Assembly (NCBI GenBank): GCA_958296045.1
Contig: CATQHT010000003.1
Span: forward strand, 2,666,814 to 2,730,813
Origin: Rhodothermales bacterium
GTDB taxonomy: Bacteria > Bacteroidota > Rhodothermia > Rhodothermales > Bin80
Reading direction: 5' to 3'
DNA: 64,000 nt
Shown here piece after piece: positions 30,521-39,527 of the stretch (position 1 is its first letter; each line of letters opens with the position of its first letter). Position numbers and translations under genes: made by a program. Under the pieces are notes generated by a model. The model was not told where the DNA came from. It did no database searches and saw only the letters and a list, made by a program, of their open reading frames with translations.

Positions 30521-30550
30521 CCGTTATTGCGATGGCTGGTAGTGGTTACC

Positions 30551-31603
30551 ATGAAGATTAGCCTTATGAGCGCCTCACCACCGAGCCGTCGTGCTTTTCT
30601 GATCTGCGCGCTCTTGTTGGGCGTGGCGGTGACCTCTGGCGTGCGTGCGCAAGAATTGGCGCTGCCCGATTTGAAGCACTTCAAGAGGGTCCGTACGGTC
30701 ACCTTTGATGGGCCGGAGACGCTGCTGATTGCGCAGATCGAATACCTTGATATAGATGCGGCTGGTCGATTCCTTGTCACCGACATACTGGGTGAGCAGG
30801 TCTTGCTGTTTGACTCGACCGGCTCACTGCAGGCCTCATTGGATTCATCGGTTTGCGAACCAGGATTCACCTTTAGCCCTGAGAGTGCCCATTTTAGAGG
30901 TGATGAGTCCATCTTTGTCCTGAATAGTGGGGACCACTGGGGGTACCGATTCAACAAGGACGGCACATGCCTAGGCAAAGTCGATCGCGAGTTCGATAAT
31001 CCAAGGTTCCTCGCCATTGATCCAGCGGGCACGCTCTATGGCGCTTATGTCCGGCCGACCTTGGAAATGCGACGCATGAGCGCCACCGGGGAGACCCTTA
31101 GCAGCTTCTCAATCCCTAAAGGGGAGTTCCCTAATGCCAACAATCGTCTCGACGAGGGCGGTCTCGTTGCTGACGGAACGCATCTCTTCTACGCCGCGGC
31201 AACTGAGCCAGCGATAATGAAGTTCGCTTTGGATGGTACGCTTGTAGGAAGAATTTCGAAGCGCAGCTCATGGTTTCGCTCCCCCCGTCGGGATCTGCCG
31301 CGTGATCTTTCCCCAAAGCTGTTCGAAGCCCTTAGAGAATGGGAAAGCACTACCACAACGTGGAGCCTTTTTGAGCTCACAGACGAAACACTGCTGATTC
31401 AGTATTTCAGTGGTGAGCGCGGAATCGGGTATCAGGTGTTTTCCAAGGACGGCACCCTGGTTGCCGAAGAGCTAGACTATGGTCGCCGACCTATTGTACA
31501 TGGGGAAAACGGGCTGGTCTACTTCGTGATGCAACCCGGTCTAGACAGTCAGGGTGATTTGCCCAATCCTTATGTTGAAATCTACCGGTTTGTAGCGCCA
31601 TGA
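30551..31603 (+). CDS. secreted 6-bladed beta-propeller protein (BF3164/NHL-like family)
   Basis: Signal peptide MKISLMSASPPSRRAFLICALLLGVAVTSGVRA. Repeated blades include IDAAGRFLVTDILGEQVLLFDSTGSL, IFVLNSGDHWGYRFNKDGTCL, AIDPAGTLYGAY and HLFYAAATEPAIMKFALDGTLV. The family assignment is from memory only. Confidence 0.55.
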   Translation: MKISLMSASPPSRRAFLICALLLGVAVTSGVRAQELALPDLKHFKRVRTVTFDGPETLLIAQIEYLDIDAAGRFLVTDILGEQVLLFDSTGSLQASLDSSVCEPGFTFSPESAHFRGDESIFVLNSGDHWGYRFNKDGTCLGKVDREFDNPRFLAIDPAGTLYGAYVRPTLEMRRMSATGETLSSFSIPKGEFPNANNRLDEGGLVADGTHLFYAAATEPAIMKFALDGTLVGRISKRSSWFRSPRRDLPRDLSPKLFEALREWESTTTTWSLFELTDETLLIQYFSGERGIGYQVFSKDGTLVAEELDYGRRPIVHGENGLVYFVMQPGLDSQGDLPNPYVEIYRFVAP

Positions 31604-31722
31604 CGCACAATATCGTGCCATCTTCCATTAAGGCCGAGAGCCTCAAGGTCTTGGCCTTGGCCATACTCCTGGCATCGGGCGTCGCCTATCTGTTGCTTAT
31701 TGACAGCGTAGAACCGGCGTGA
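31600..31722 (+). CDS. possible 40-aa single-TM peptide, start overlaps the upstream stop (ATGA)
   Basis: My own translation: MTHNIVPSSIKAESLKVLALAILLASGVAYLLLIDSVEPA. It is below the ORF-track size cutoff. The ATGA overlap with the propeller gene suggests translational coupling. Confidence 0.3.
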   Translation: MTHNIVPSSIKAESLKVLALAILLASGVAYLLLIDSVEPA

Positions 31723-31740
31723 TCGAATGGTGCGCTTGGC

Positions 31741-32220
31741 ATGTACGCAGACGCCAGCACAGTGGACTCACTAAGGCGGGCGCTTGAGGGACGTACAGTT
31801 CCAGCTTTGCACGCCCATAGTGCCGTCACAGATCAGCGCAGCAACATTGATATGGCTGCCGTTGGGCTAATCATTCCGTTAGCAGTAAATACCTGCGCTC
31901 AGAAGCAGATCGAAGCACTAAAGAGGCTTCAGGCACTACAGGACGCTATCAGTGAGGAGGTCCCGGTGCACGTTGTTCTGGTGACTGATATTGACGCAGA
32001 AACCACTAGAATGCGAACCCTCCTCCTGCGCAAGGCAATACGACCAACCTTTGAATTGTGGCATACCAACGAGAGCCATCCCCTATATCGGGCTGTTCTG
32101 TCAGAGCAGTTAGCGCCAGTCCTAGTCGTCAGTGACAACATGGTTAGCAGCGTGTTCCACACCGTAGAACACAAGCGTATTGTGAGTACCGTTTCGTCTT
32201 TGCTGGCGACTTCGCCTTAG
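31741..32220 (+). CDS. hypothetical protein, possibly a thioredoxin-fold (TlpA-like) protein with degenerate CxxC (VNTC)
   Basis: 159-aa ORF. AAVGLIIPLAVNTCAQKQIEALKRL...PVLVVSDNMVSSVFH resembles the redoxin layout but keeps only one Cys. The assignment is weak. Confidence 0.35.
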   Translation: MYADASTVDSLRRALEGRTVPALHAHSAVTDQRSNIDMAAVGLIIPLAVNTCAQKQIEALKRLQALQDAISEEVPVHVVLVTDIDAETTRMRTLLLRKAIRPTFELWHTNESHPLYRAVLSEQLAPVLVVSDNMVSSVFHTVEHKRIVSTVSSLLATSP

Positions 32221-32414
32221 CTTAAGTTCATAGACCTTTGGGCTGTACGAGGGGCCACAACTCCTCTGGATTGTGCAGGGTAGCTGCAACTTCCTGACTT
32301 CCTCGGAATACGCACCCCCTTTCTTGGCAGCGAAACGATGCAGGCCTCCCTCTGTGCATCAGGCTTTTTCCCTCCCCTTGTGGCTGCGTCCTCGCTATCG
32401 AACTCAGAGACCGC

Positions 32415-33060
32415 CTACTGGGGCTGACAGGCTAGGAACCGCCCGCGTAGGAAGCTTCCGCTCGCTACTGGCGACCGCCCCTTGTTGGCCACGATGTTCC
32501 GGTACATGAGCCGTTTCCCGATCATCTGGGCCACGACGTGCTGAATCTGACCCATCGAGTCCAGTTCCTGGACGTTGCGCTGCCCCGCGAAGGCATTGAC
32601 GTAGGCCTGGAGGTGCTTCGGGCTGAGCCGGTGGTGGACCTCCTTGTGTGTCCGCTTCAGCATCGGCCAGAACGACTCGACCCCGTTCGTATGGATCGGC
32701 GCGCCTTCGAGATACCGGACGTATTCGGCGGCCGAGTGCTTCACTGTCTCGTGCTCCTCCGGTCCTCTTGTAGGCTGTCGCGTCGTCGGTGAAGAGCAGC
32801 GCGCCGGGAGCCGCGTGTTCGTCCACGAAGCCCTGTAGCGTCTCCCAGTTCAGGCGGTCAAGCAGCCGCCGCGGGTCTCCCCGTACTTGGCCCCGAGACC
32901 ACCGCGGCCTTCCCTATCGGACCCCGGCCCGCCCCTGCCGCTTCGAGTGGCTCATGTTCGCTCGCTTGCCGCCAATGTAGCACTCGTCCACCTCGACCGG
33001 CCCCTCGAAGCAGGGCCGCACCACGGCGAACACCTCCCGGATCCGATGTAGCATGGACCA
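32415..33060 (-). pseudogene. IS1595-family (ISXO2-like) transposase, N-terminally truncated and frameshifted
   Basis: Across frames it reads VEVDECYIGGKRANMSHSKR, ALLFTDDATAYKR, and EYVRYLEGAPIHTNGVESFWPMLKRTHKEVHHRLSPKHLQAYVNAFAGQRN...GKRLMYRNIV. Confidence 0.75.
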
Positions 33061-33076
33061 GGCGGACCGCTGTCCA

Positions 33077-33381
33077 GCCTGCGCTTGGTCTGCGCTACTG
33101 GCGACAGCGTTGCACAGGTGCGCCGCGTCGGAGTATGAGCCGTAAAGCCTGCGGGCTGCTATGGCCCGGCGATATGCACCGTGGGTGGGGATGATCCCGG
33201 CGGTGCCGCGAACCAGCGCCTCAGGCGGGTGAACCCGGAGCCGGCGAAGCCAGCGGGCGGCGAGTGCACCGGTCGCGGCGGCAATGGCCGTACAGGTTTA
33301 GCGCCGCACGCGTGATTTCAAAATGGTATACCTCGGCGACCAAGTCCTGGATGCGCTGGATGCGCGGATCACAGAATTCAA
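33077..33381. repeat. fur 3' end and downstream flank (copy B, part of the intact gene)
   Basis: Partner of 29794-30089. In the roughly 150-nt coding part I count 7 mismatches plus a 9-bp indel. The non-coding part is visibly more diverged. Confidence 0.85.
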
Positions 33382-33715
33382 GCACCTCCTGGCAGTCAAG
33401 ACAGATCAGGTGGTCATGCTGCCGGTAGCGTAACGACGGCTCGTACTTAGCACCGTGCTCACCGAATTGATGCCTCACCACCAAGTCGCACGCCAAAAGG
33501 AGGTTCAGCGTGTTGTAAACGGTCGCGCGACTGATGGTGCGCTCCTGTTGCTGCAGCCGATCATACAGCGCATCCGCGTCCGTGTGACCGTCCATCGCGT
33601 AGAGCGCATCAAGCACCTGAAACCGTTCGGGCGTCTGACGCAGACCTTGCTGCCGCAGGTAGCTCTGAAAACGCTCTTTGGCTTCCTCGCGATGGCTGGC
33701 TGGGTGCGACCGCAC
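33221..33715 (-). CDS. fur: Fur-family transcriptional regulator
   Basis: LRQTPERFQVLDALYAMDGHTDADALYDRLQQQERTISRATVYNTLNLL (winged helix), then HDHLICLDCQEVLEF and GHCRRDRC metal sites. The 283-aa ORF in the track is over-extended; I propose a GTG start at 33715 (164 aa). Metal specificity is unknown. Confidence 0.8.
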   Translation of the reverse strand: MRSHPASHREEAKERFQSYLRQQGLRQTPERFQVLDALYAMDGHTDADALYDRLQQQERTISRATVYNTLNLLLACDLVVRHQFGEHGAKYEPSLRYRQHDHLICLDCQEVLEFCDPRIQRIQDLVAEVYHFEITRAALNLYGHCRRDRCTRRPLASPAPGSPA

Positions 33716-33910
33716 GGCGCTGGGTAAAGAATGTGCGTGCTCTGAAGTGCTTCGACGAACCTGGGTCCAGGCAGTTGACCATTGGCGTATCCGAAGCGCT
33801 GACCGAACGGAGGGGTGGTCCTGCAGGTTCCCGAGCCCGAACACAGTCACCGCATTGGCGTATTTTGGCCAAGCCGGTATTTGTTGCGCTTGTACTGGGG
33901 AGCTTGTTGC

Positions 33911-35320
33911 ATGAATACGTTTGACTATGACAATGAAGGCGGCCGCTCGGACCCAGAGCGTATCAATGCGCTGGTGGAGCGGTACGAGAACGACCAGGGG
34001 GAGACGTATTTTGACTCCGAAGCGCTGGAGGAAATCGCTTCCCACTACTTTCAGGCGGGCATGTACGCCCAATGCCTTACGGTGGTGGATCGGCTCCTTG
34101 AGATGCAGCCCTCCACGTCCGACTTATGGCTGCGCCGCGGCGTGGTGCTCAACTGCCTCAACGAGGAGTCAGAGGCCCTCAAGACGCTGTGGCGTGCGCA
34201 CGACTTGAATCCTTCAGATTCAGAAACGCTGCTGACAATTGCCCACACGCTGGATGCTCTAGAACGCAGCGAAGAGGCGTTGCGGTTCGTCGACCGGGCC
34301 GAACAGCTCGATCCCCACAACCCCGATGTACACTATCTTCGCGGGCTGGTGCTGGAGGGGCTGGATCGCGTAGATGAGGCCATTGAGTCCTTCAATGCCT
34401 GCCTCGACTTGGACAAGAATCACCTCGAGGTGTGGTACGAACTCGGGTACTGCTACGACCAGACCGGCCTCCTGGAAGAAAGTATTTCGTGCTATGACCG
34501 GCACCTGGACGAGGACCCGTACTGTGCGGATGCCTGGTACAATCGCGGGATCGCACTCATGCGTTTGGATAGGATGGAGGAGGCCGTCGATTCGTATAGC
34601 CTGGCGCTGGTCATCCGGGAGGGCTTCGCTTCCGCCTATTTTAATCGCGGTAACGCGTTGATGGCGCTGCAGCGATTTCAGGAGGCTGCAGAGGACTACG
34701 AGGAAGTGCTAAACCTGTCAGAGCCGGATGCTCCCACCCTGTGTAACCTGGGTGTGGCGTATGAGCATCTGGATCAGGTGCATGTCGCATTTGACTACTT
34801 TTACAGGGCTCTCAAGGTGGACAAGAGGTTCGCCGAAGCATGGTATGGGCTGGGGTGCTGCTATGAAAGGCTAGATGAGAACCACAAGGCGCTTGGCTGC
34901 ATCAACCGGGCGGTGGAAATTGAGCCGCAGGCCCCAGACTTCTGGTATTCCAAGGGAGACTGCCACCGGAGCGTTGGGGCGTTTCGGCAGGCGATCACGG
35001 CCTATAAAAGGGTGGTAGCGCTGGATCCATCCAACCGCGATGCGTGGTTTGATTTGGCCGAAGCGTACAGCGAAGCCGGTGCCACATCCAAGGCGCTTAT
35101 CGCTTATGAGCGGGCGCTGAAGCTGGATCCGCAGTGTGCGGTGGCATGGTTTCAGCAGGGCCGCGTTCTTTCCCAGGTCGGTCGCACGGACGAGTGCATC
35201 GCGTCATTCAAGAAGGCGATGCAGCTGGACCCGCGTATGCGGGACATGCTCAAGAAGGTTTGTCCGAAAATCTATCGGGACAGGCGCATGCGCAAGCGGC
35301 TCGGTTTGGGCCGCCGTTGA
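33911..35320 (+). CDS. tetratricopeptide (TPR) repeat protein
   Basis: More than 10 consecutive 34-residue TPR units (e.g. AWYNRGIALMRLDRMEEAVDSYSLALVI, AEAWYGLGCCYERLDENHKALGCINRAVEIEP). I chose the Met at 33911 over the upstream extension. Confidence 0.85.
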   Translation: MNTFDYDNEGGRSDPERINALVERYENDQGETYFDSEALEEIASHYFQAGMYAQCLTVVDRLLEMQPSTSDLWLRRGVVLNCLNEESEALKTLWRAHDLNPSDSETLLTIAHTLDALERSEEALRFVDRAEQLDPHNPDVHYLRGLVLEGLDRVDEAIESFNACLDLDKNHLEVWYELGYCYDQTGLLEESISCYDRHLDEDPYCADAWYNRGIALMRLDRMEEAVDSYSLALVIREGFASAYFNRGNALMALQRFQEAAEDYEEVLNLSEPDAPTLCNLGVAYEHLDQVHVAFDYFYRALKVDKRFAEAWYGLGCCYERLDENHKALGCINRAVEIEPQAPDFWYSKGDCHRSVGAFRQAITAYKRVVALDPSNRDAWFDLAEAYSEAGATSKALIAYERALKLDPQCAVAWFQQGRVLSQVGRTDECIASFKKAMQLDPRMRDMLKKVCPKIYRDRRMRKRLGLGRR

Positions 35321-35344
35321 CGCCGCACCACAGGGTTGCGCCCT

Positions 35345-35959
35345 ATGGCATGGATTCGGCGACTCTACGACTGGGTTCTGTCTTGGGCGGACTCGCCCTA
35401 CGGGATGCAGGCGCTGTTTGTGTTGGCTCTGGTGGAGTCCGTTTTCTTTCCTGTGCCACCGGATGCATTGCTCATCGCGTTGGTGCTGGGCAGTCGCAGC
35501 AGGGCCTTTTATTTGGCACTGGCCTGTGCTGTTGGCTCTCTGATAGGTGGAGCTGCCGGATACGGGTTAGGGTACTTTCTGTGGCTGGGCACCGGCGGCG
35601 AGTTTACCAGTCTGGCGACCTTCTTTTTTGGAACTATCCCCGGCTTTTCCCAGGAGCTCTATCATGAGCTTGGGCACCGCTTTGAGACGTGGGGCTTTGA
35701 AATCATCTTCGTTGCAGGTTTCACGCCCATCCCGTACAAGGTCTTTACCGTGAGCGCTGGCGCTTTTGACGTGGACTTTTTGCGGTTCATGTTCGCCTCC
35801 GTTGTCGCCCGATCTGCGCGCTTCTTTGCTGTAGCGGCGCTGATCTGGTGGTTTGGCGAGCCGATCCGCCAGTTTATAGACCGCTACTTCAACCTGTTGG
35901 CGATCGCTTTTACCATTCTGCTCGTAGGCGGCTTCGTAGTGGTTAAGCTGCTGCTGTGA
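35345..35959 (+). CDS. YqaA/DedA-type (SNARE-associated) membrane protein
   Basis: MAWIRRLYDWVLSWADSPYGMQALFVLALVESVFFPVPPDALLIAL is the YqaA family N-terminus. The protein has 4-5 TM helices. Confidence 0.8.
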   Translation: MAWIRRLYDWVLSWADSPYGMQALFVLALVESVFFPVPPDALLIALVLGSRSRAFYLALACAVGSLIGGAAGYGLGYFLWLGTGGEFTSLATFFFGTIPGFSQELYHELGHRFETWGFEIIFVAGFTPIPYKVFTVSAGAFDVDFLRFMFASVVARSARFFAVAALIWWFGEPIRQFIDRYFNLLAIAFTILLVGGFVVVKLLL

Positions 35960-35962
35960 GTG

Positions 35963-37546
35963 TTAGCGTGTGCGCATGGCCGTGCGCACTGCCTGATAGC
36001 GCCCGCCGCCAGCCGTTGCTATCACGAGGTAGTGGCCGCTGGGCAGGCGCGTAGCGTCCAGGTGCACTAGGTGACGTCCGCTGGGCAGGAAGCCTGAAAA
36101 AAGGACGGCGGCGGTGCGGCCTGCCACATCGTGCACTTTGATGGTCACGGACTGCGCCACCGGGTTGCTGAGCTCCAGTGTGGTGCGTTGGTTGAAGGGG
36201 TTGGGATAGGCGGCCCCCAGTGCAAAAGTGGCAAGCTGGGCAGGGGCTTTTGGGCTGGGGTCTTTTGCGGTGGTGCCGACCGGGTCGTATTTGAGCAGGT
36301 ACAGTCCGTGAAATGCGCTGGTAACCGCTACGGTGCCGCTTGCAAAGTAGGGGTAAGCCGTCCAGGCTCCGAAGTATCCGGCATGGTCGCTAAATGGATA
36401 CGTATCAAAGTAGGCGATCTCTACGGGTGCGGTCGGTGAGGAGATGTCCGCCATACGTAGGCCACTGGCGTAGTTGGCCATATACAGCGTATCTCCTTTA
36501 ATGTAGAGGTTGTGATCTGTGGCATCGGTCGGGCCGAAGTATTCTGCGGCGAGCACCGGGTCATCCAGGTCGGTCATATCCCAGATGAGTGTTCGAGTGC
36601 CGGGCAGGGGTGTCTCGCCCAGCCAGTGGCGCATGAGCTCATCGGTCTCATCGTTAAGGTAGAGGAAGGTATGGTCTTCACTCAGCCACGCCTGGTGGGC
36701 ATACGATGCGTCTGGATATTCCGCGCTGCTCAGTTTGCGCGGCTGTGATTTGTCGGAGACATCCGCGACGCTAATGCCGTCCACGTTGGCCAGGATACAA
36801 ATCTCCGAGCCGTCGTGGTCGGTGTCGGGTCCGTGGTACACCACGCACTGCACGTCATGGGTGTATCCAGAGGTGTTGTCGCCGAGGCTGGTATCGCGGT
36901 AGCATCCTGCGTAGGCGGGTTGCAAAGGATCAGTGATGTCCACCATATGCAGTGCTAAGGGGCAGGGGCCATTGTCTGATCCTACCACGTAGGCAAATCC
37001 GGTGGCGGTGTTAATAGCCACGTTATGGGCCTGGTCGAACAGATCGTAGTGAGCAGTTGCGACAAAGGTCTGAGGCGTGCTCGCGGGCGATCGCAGTTGC
37101 GTCAGATCAAAGACTTGCATGCCGTTGGTCCCATCCACATCCTGGACGACGAATACATGATCCTGGAACACTTTCAGGTCGCGCCATCCAGACGTGGAAT
37201 TGTCCTGCGAGGGTAGTTTGCCCAGGTATTCTGGGTTGATCGGGTCGGTGATATCCACGAAGGCCACCGCATTGACTGTGCCTACGAGCGCGTATTCATG
37301 GCCGTTGACTGAATCGGTCCATCCCCACATGTCTAGCACTTCGGGGGCTTCCAGCCGGTCCGGCATCAGCCTTGACAGGAGTGCCACATTGTGGCAGGCA
37401 TGCCCGGCTGCTTCGCCGCTGGTGCAGTTGACGCGGTTGCCCGTGATGGAGGGTTGTGCAGACGCTGGCATGCTCAGCAGCGCCCCAGCGAGCAATGTTG
37501 CGATAGGAGAGCGCACTTCGTTGAAGATGTTGAGCAAGGCAGCCAC
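35963..37546 (-). CDS. choice-of-anchor B / LVIVD-repeat beta-propeller protein with T9SS C-terminal domain
   Basis: Signal peptide. DMWGWTDSVNGHEYALVG, QVFDLTQLRSP and GLRMADISSPTAPVEIAYFDT. The C-terminus YPNPFNQRTTLELSNPVAQSVTIKVHDVAGR...GHYLVIATAGG is the sorting domain. It is a paralog of 49214-50764 and of the C-terminal half of 59678-61966. Confidence 0.8.
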   Translation of the reverse strand: MAALLNIFNEVRSPIATLLAGALLSMPASAQPSITGNRVNCTSGEAAGHACHNVALLSRLMPDRLEAPEVLDMWGWTDSVNGHEYALVGTVNAVAFVDITDPINPEYLGKLPSQDNSTSGWRDLKVFQDHVFVVQDVDGTNGMQVFDLTQLRSPASTPQTFVATAHYDLFDQAHNVAINTATGFAYVVGSDNGPCPLALHMVDITDPLQPAYAGCYRDTSLGDNTSGYTHDVQCVVYHGPDTDHDGSEICILANVDGISVADVSDKSQPRKLSSAEYPDASYAHQAWLSEDHTFLYLNDETDELMRHWLGETPLPGTRTLIWDMTDLDDPVLAAEYFGPTDATDHNLYIKGDTLYMANYASGLRMADISSPTAPVEIAYFDTYPFSDHAGYFGAWTAYPYFASGTVAVTSAFHGLYLLKYDPVGTTAKDPSPKAPAQLATFALGAAYPNPFNQRTTLELSNPVAQSVTIKVHDVAGRTAAVLFSGFLPSGRHLVHLDATRLPSGHYLVIATAGGGRYQAVRTAMRTR

Positions 37547-37705
37547 AACAATCCGTACGACGGTAGGCGGACCACACGCACGGCTACTGGACTTCTAATG
37601 GACCTTATATACGAAAATCGCCCTTTATGCACATGATTCTGCGCTGCAGCTGAGTATAGTGCTCTGTTTGAGCGGCACCAGGGACTCGGCATGCCCCAAG
37701 TTTTT

Positions 37706-38828
37706 TCAGTTCGTGGGGCTTCCCGCCTCTCGCAGGAGCATAGCGCCTCTGAAAATAATATTGATCGAGGCATACAGGTAACGACCAATAGCCTTTGCGC
37801 AACGATTGCACATGTACTTCCTTACCTGCAGCGTGATGTTCTCAGCGGGTAGTCGTCTGCAGCCACTATACTGTTGTTCAGCGACAATTAGAATTGCGGG
37901 GCGGCATGTGCACGAAGGTGCCCTCTCGCTCTGTTTTATAGGTAAGTGGTTGTATTACCAGCCCCAAGGCTTGGTCCAGTATGGTACGGTTCTGACCACG
38001 CTTGCGAGCGCCCCCATTGCGGGTCAGGTTGGCATCCTGCAGGTCTTCGCATGCAACGGTGCCGGTCTCCCAATCGATATCCGCTGTGATGTTGGGTCCC
38101 GTTGCATTGCGGTGCGATCCTGAAGGATTCCCTGTATCCAGCTACCTTGGCCTTCTCCCTGTACTTGCTTTTTCCTGAGTGCACGTCATCCTGCGTGGCC
38201 ACTTGATGCCCTTGCGTTCATCCGAACGTAAGGGCACGTACTGCACGCCCTTGTGCCACGTGCAATGAGCCTTCAGGCCAGGATCGATGCCAATAGGTCT
38301 GTCCTCGCACGACCCTTCGGCTAAGACTTCCTGCTCGTAGATTACCTGTACCTCAATGCCGCTGCTAACCGGAATGCGCTTTGTCCGCACATGTCTTACC
38401 GGGACATCGTTTCAAGAGGTCGCAGTAGTCGTCAAAGTACAGCTTGTCGACACGCTTCACCTGACCGACCACTTGCCGTTTTGCTCCTGCTGCACTTCCT
38501 GCTGTTCGAAGGTGATGACGTACTCGCCAAACCTGGGAAATTTGCCCAATGGCTTGAGAGCCTGCGTCTAGCCTCTTCAAACCCGACGACCCACACTCCA
38601 CTGCGCCCTACGTGCAAAGCTGGCTTCATAGTCCGGTCCTTTGACCAATATCTTCAGCCACCTGCACGGGTCATAGTCACTCAGACGCTTTTCGCCCTGC
38701 CTATACCGGGCCTAGCAATACCCCTTCATCTGGTCGTGCAGCGACCTCAGGTGGCTCCAGTAATGGCCAAGCTCGGCTCGTTTGGCCTTACTTAGTCCGG
38801 TGACACGATAGGTCCGCGTCTTCACCAT
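37706..38828 (-). pseudogene. TnpB (IS200/IS605 OrfB, RNA-guided nuclease family), multiply frameshifted
   Basis: Pieces across frames: MVKTRTYRVTGLSKAKRAELGHYW, RPIGIDPGLK, GKSKYREKAKVAG, ARKRGQNRTILDQALG..YKTEREGTFVHMPPRNSNCR, YMCNRCAKAIGRYLYASINIIFRG. No intact frame and no adjacent tnpA. Confidence 0.65.
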
Positions 38829-39011
38829 GCTAAGGCGTCCAACGATCACATCGCACCAGAGCACCATGGTCCTGTCAGTTGATACACATAATTCCCAGGT
38901 AAGGACGAATAGCTAGGGGCTATCTCACGCCTGCCTTGGAGTAGCCTTCTTGACAAGCCAAGCCGTAGCCAATCTCCTCGTCTGGATGAGTAGGCGCGCT
39001 GCAGATCTAGC

Positions 39012-39527
39012 CTACAGGCGCGTGGCCTGCTCCAGATAAAAATAAATCCCTGCTATTACGCCGATGGCGGAGATGACCGAGAATCCGATACCGATCAGCC
39101 ATTTGGTCAAGCGAAACTGCCTATCGGTCATCTGCATTAATGTGGTAAGCTGGTTTTGTTGGGCATCGAACTTGGTAGTCATCTCCGCTTTCTGAGCATC
39201 GAACTTGGTAGTCATCTCCGCTTGCTGGGCATCCAACTTGGCAGTTACCTCCGCTTTATGGGCGTCGAACTTGGTAGTTATTTCTGTCCTAAGCGCAGCT
39301 ATCTGGGCATCGAACTTGGTAGTCATTTCTGTCCTAAGCGCAGCTATCTGGGCATTTAGGGCCTCTAATTTCGTTTCGAAGCGGTGAATGAGCTTGGCGG
39401 AAGCCATCTTTTCCAAGAGCTTGATCAGTAGGTGAGCGTCTCGTCCGCTGCTGCCGGAACGTCGGAGAAGGTCGAAAAGTAGCGCGCCGTCAGGATCCTG
39501 GTGTCCGCTGTGTTGGTCGTCGGGCAA
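39012..39527 (-). CDS. tail-anchored coiled-coil protein (DUF1640-like), array copy 1, 171 aa
   Basis: ALLFDLLRRSGSSGRDAHLLIKLLEK, then two 15-residue and three 11-residue repeats (Q[KQ]AE[MV]T[TA]K[FL]DA), then the C-terminal TM LIGIGFSVISAIGVIAGIYFYL. This copy has a TTG start. Confidence 0.7.
   Translation of the reverse strand: MPDDQHSGHQDPDGALLFDLLRRSGSSGRDAHLLIKLLEKMASAKLIHRFETKLEALNAQIAALRTEMTTKFDAQIAALRTEITTKFDAHKAEVTAKLDAQQAEMTTKFDAQKAEMTTKFDAQQNQLTTLMQMTDRQFRLTKWLIGIGFSVISAIGVIAGIYFYLEQATRL

Noticed and set aside
33716-34072. The 283-aa version of the Fur-family ORF (33221-34072), and the upstream extension of the TPR ORF from 33815.
   Set aside because: Fur-family proteins are about 140-170 aa, and the extra ~120 N-terminal residues have no Fur similarity and overlap the divergent TPR gene. 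I propose a GTG start at 33715. For the TPR gene the Met at 33911 removes the overlap.
39161-39352. Regular 33-nt and 45-nt tandem repeats that could at first glance suggest a small CRISPR-like array.
   Set aside because: The repeats are contiguous with no spacers. They lie in frame inside a conserved ORF and translate to 11- and 15-residue coiled-coil units. No cas genes are present in the window.
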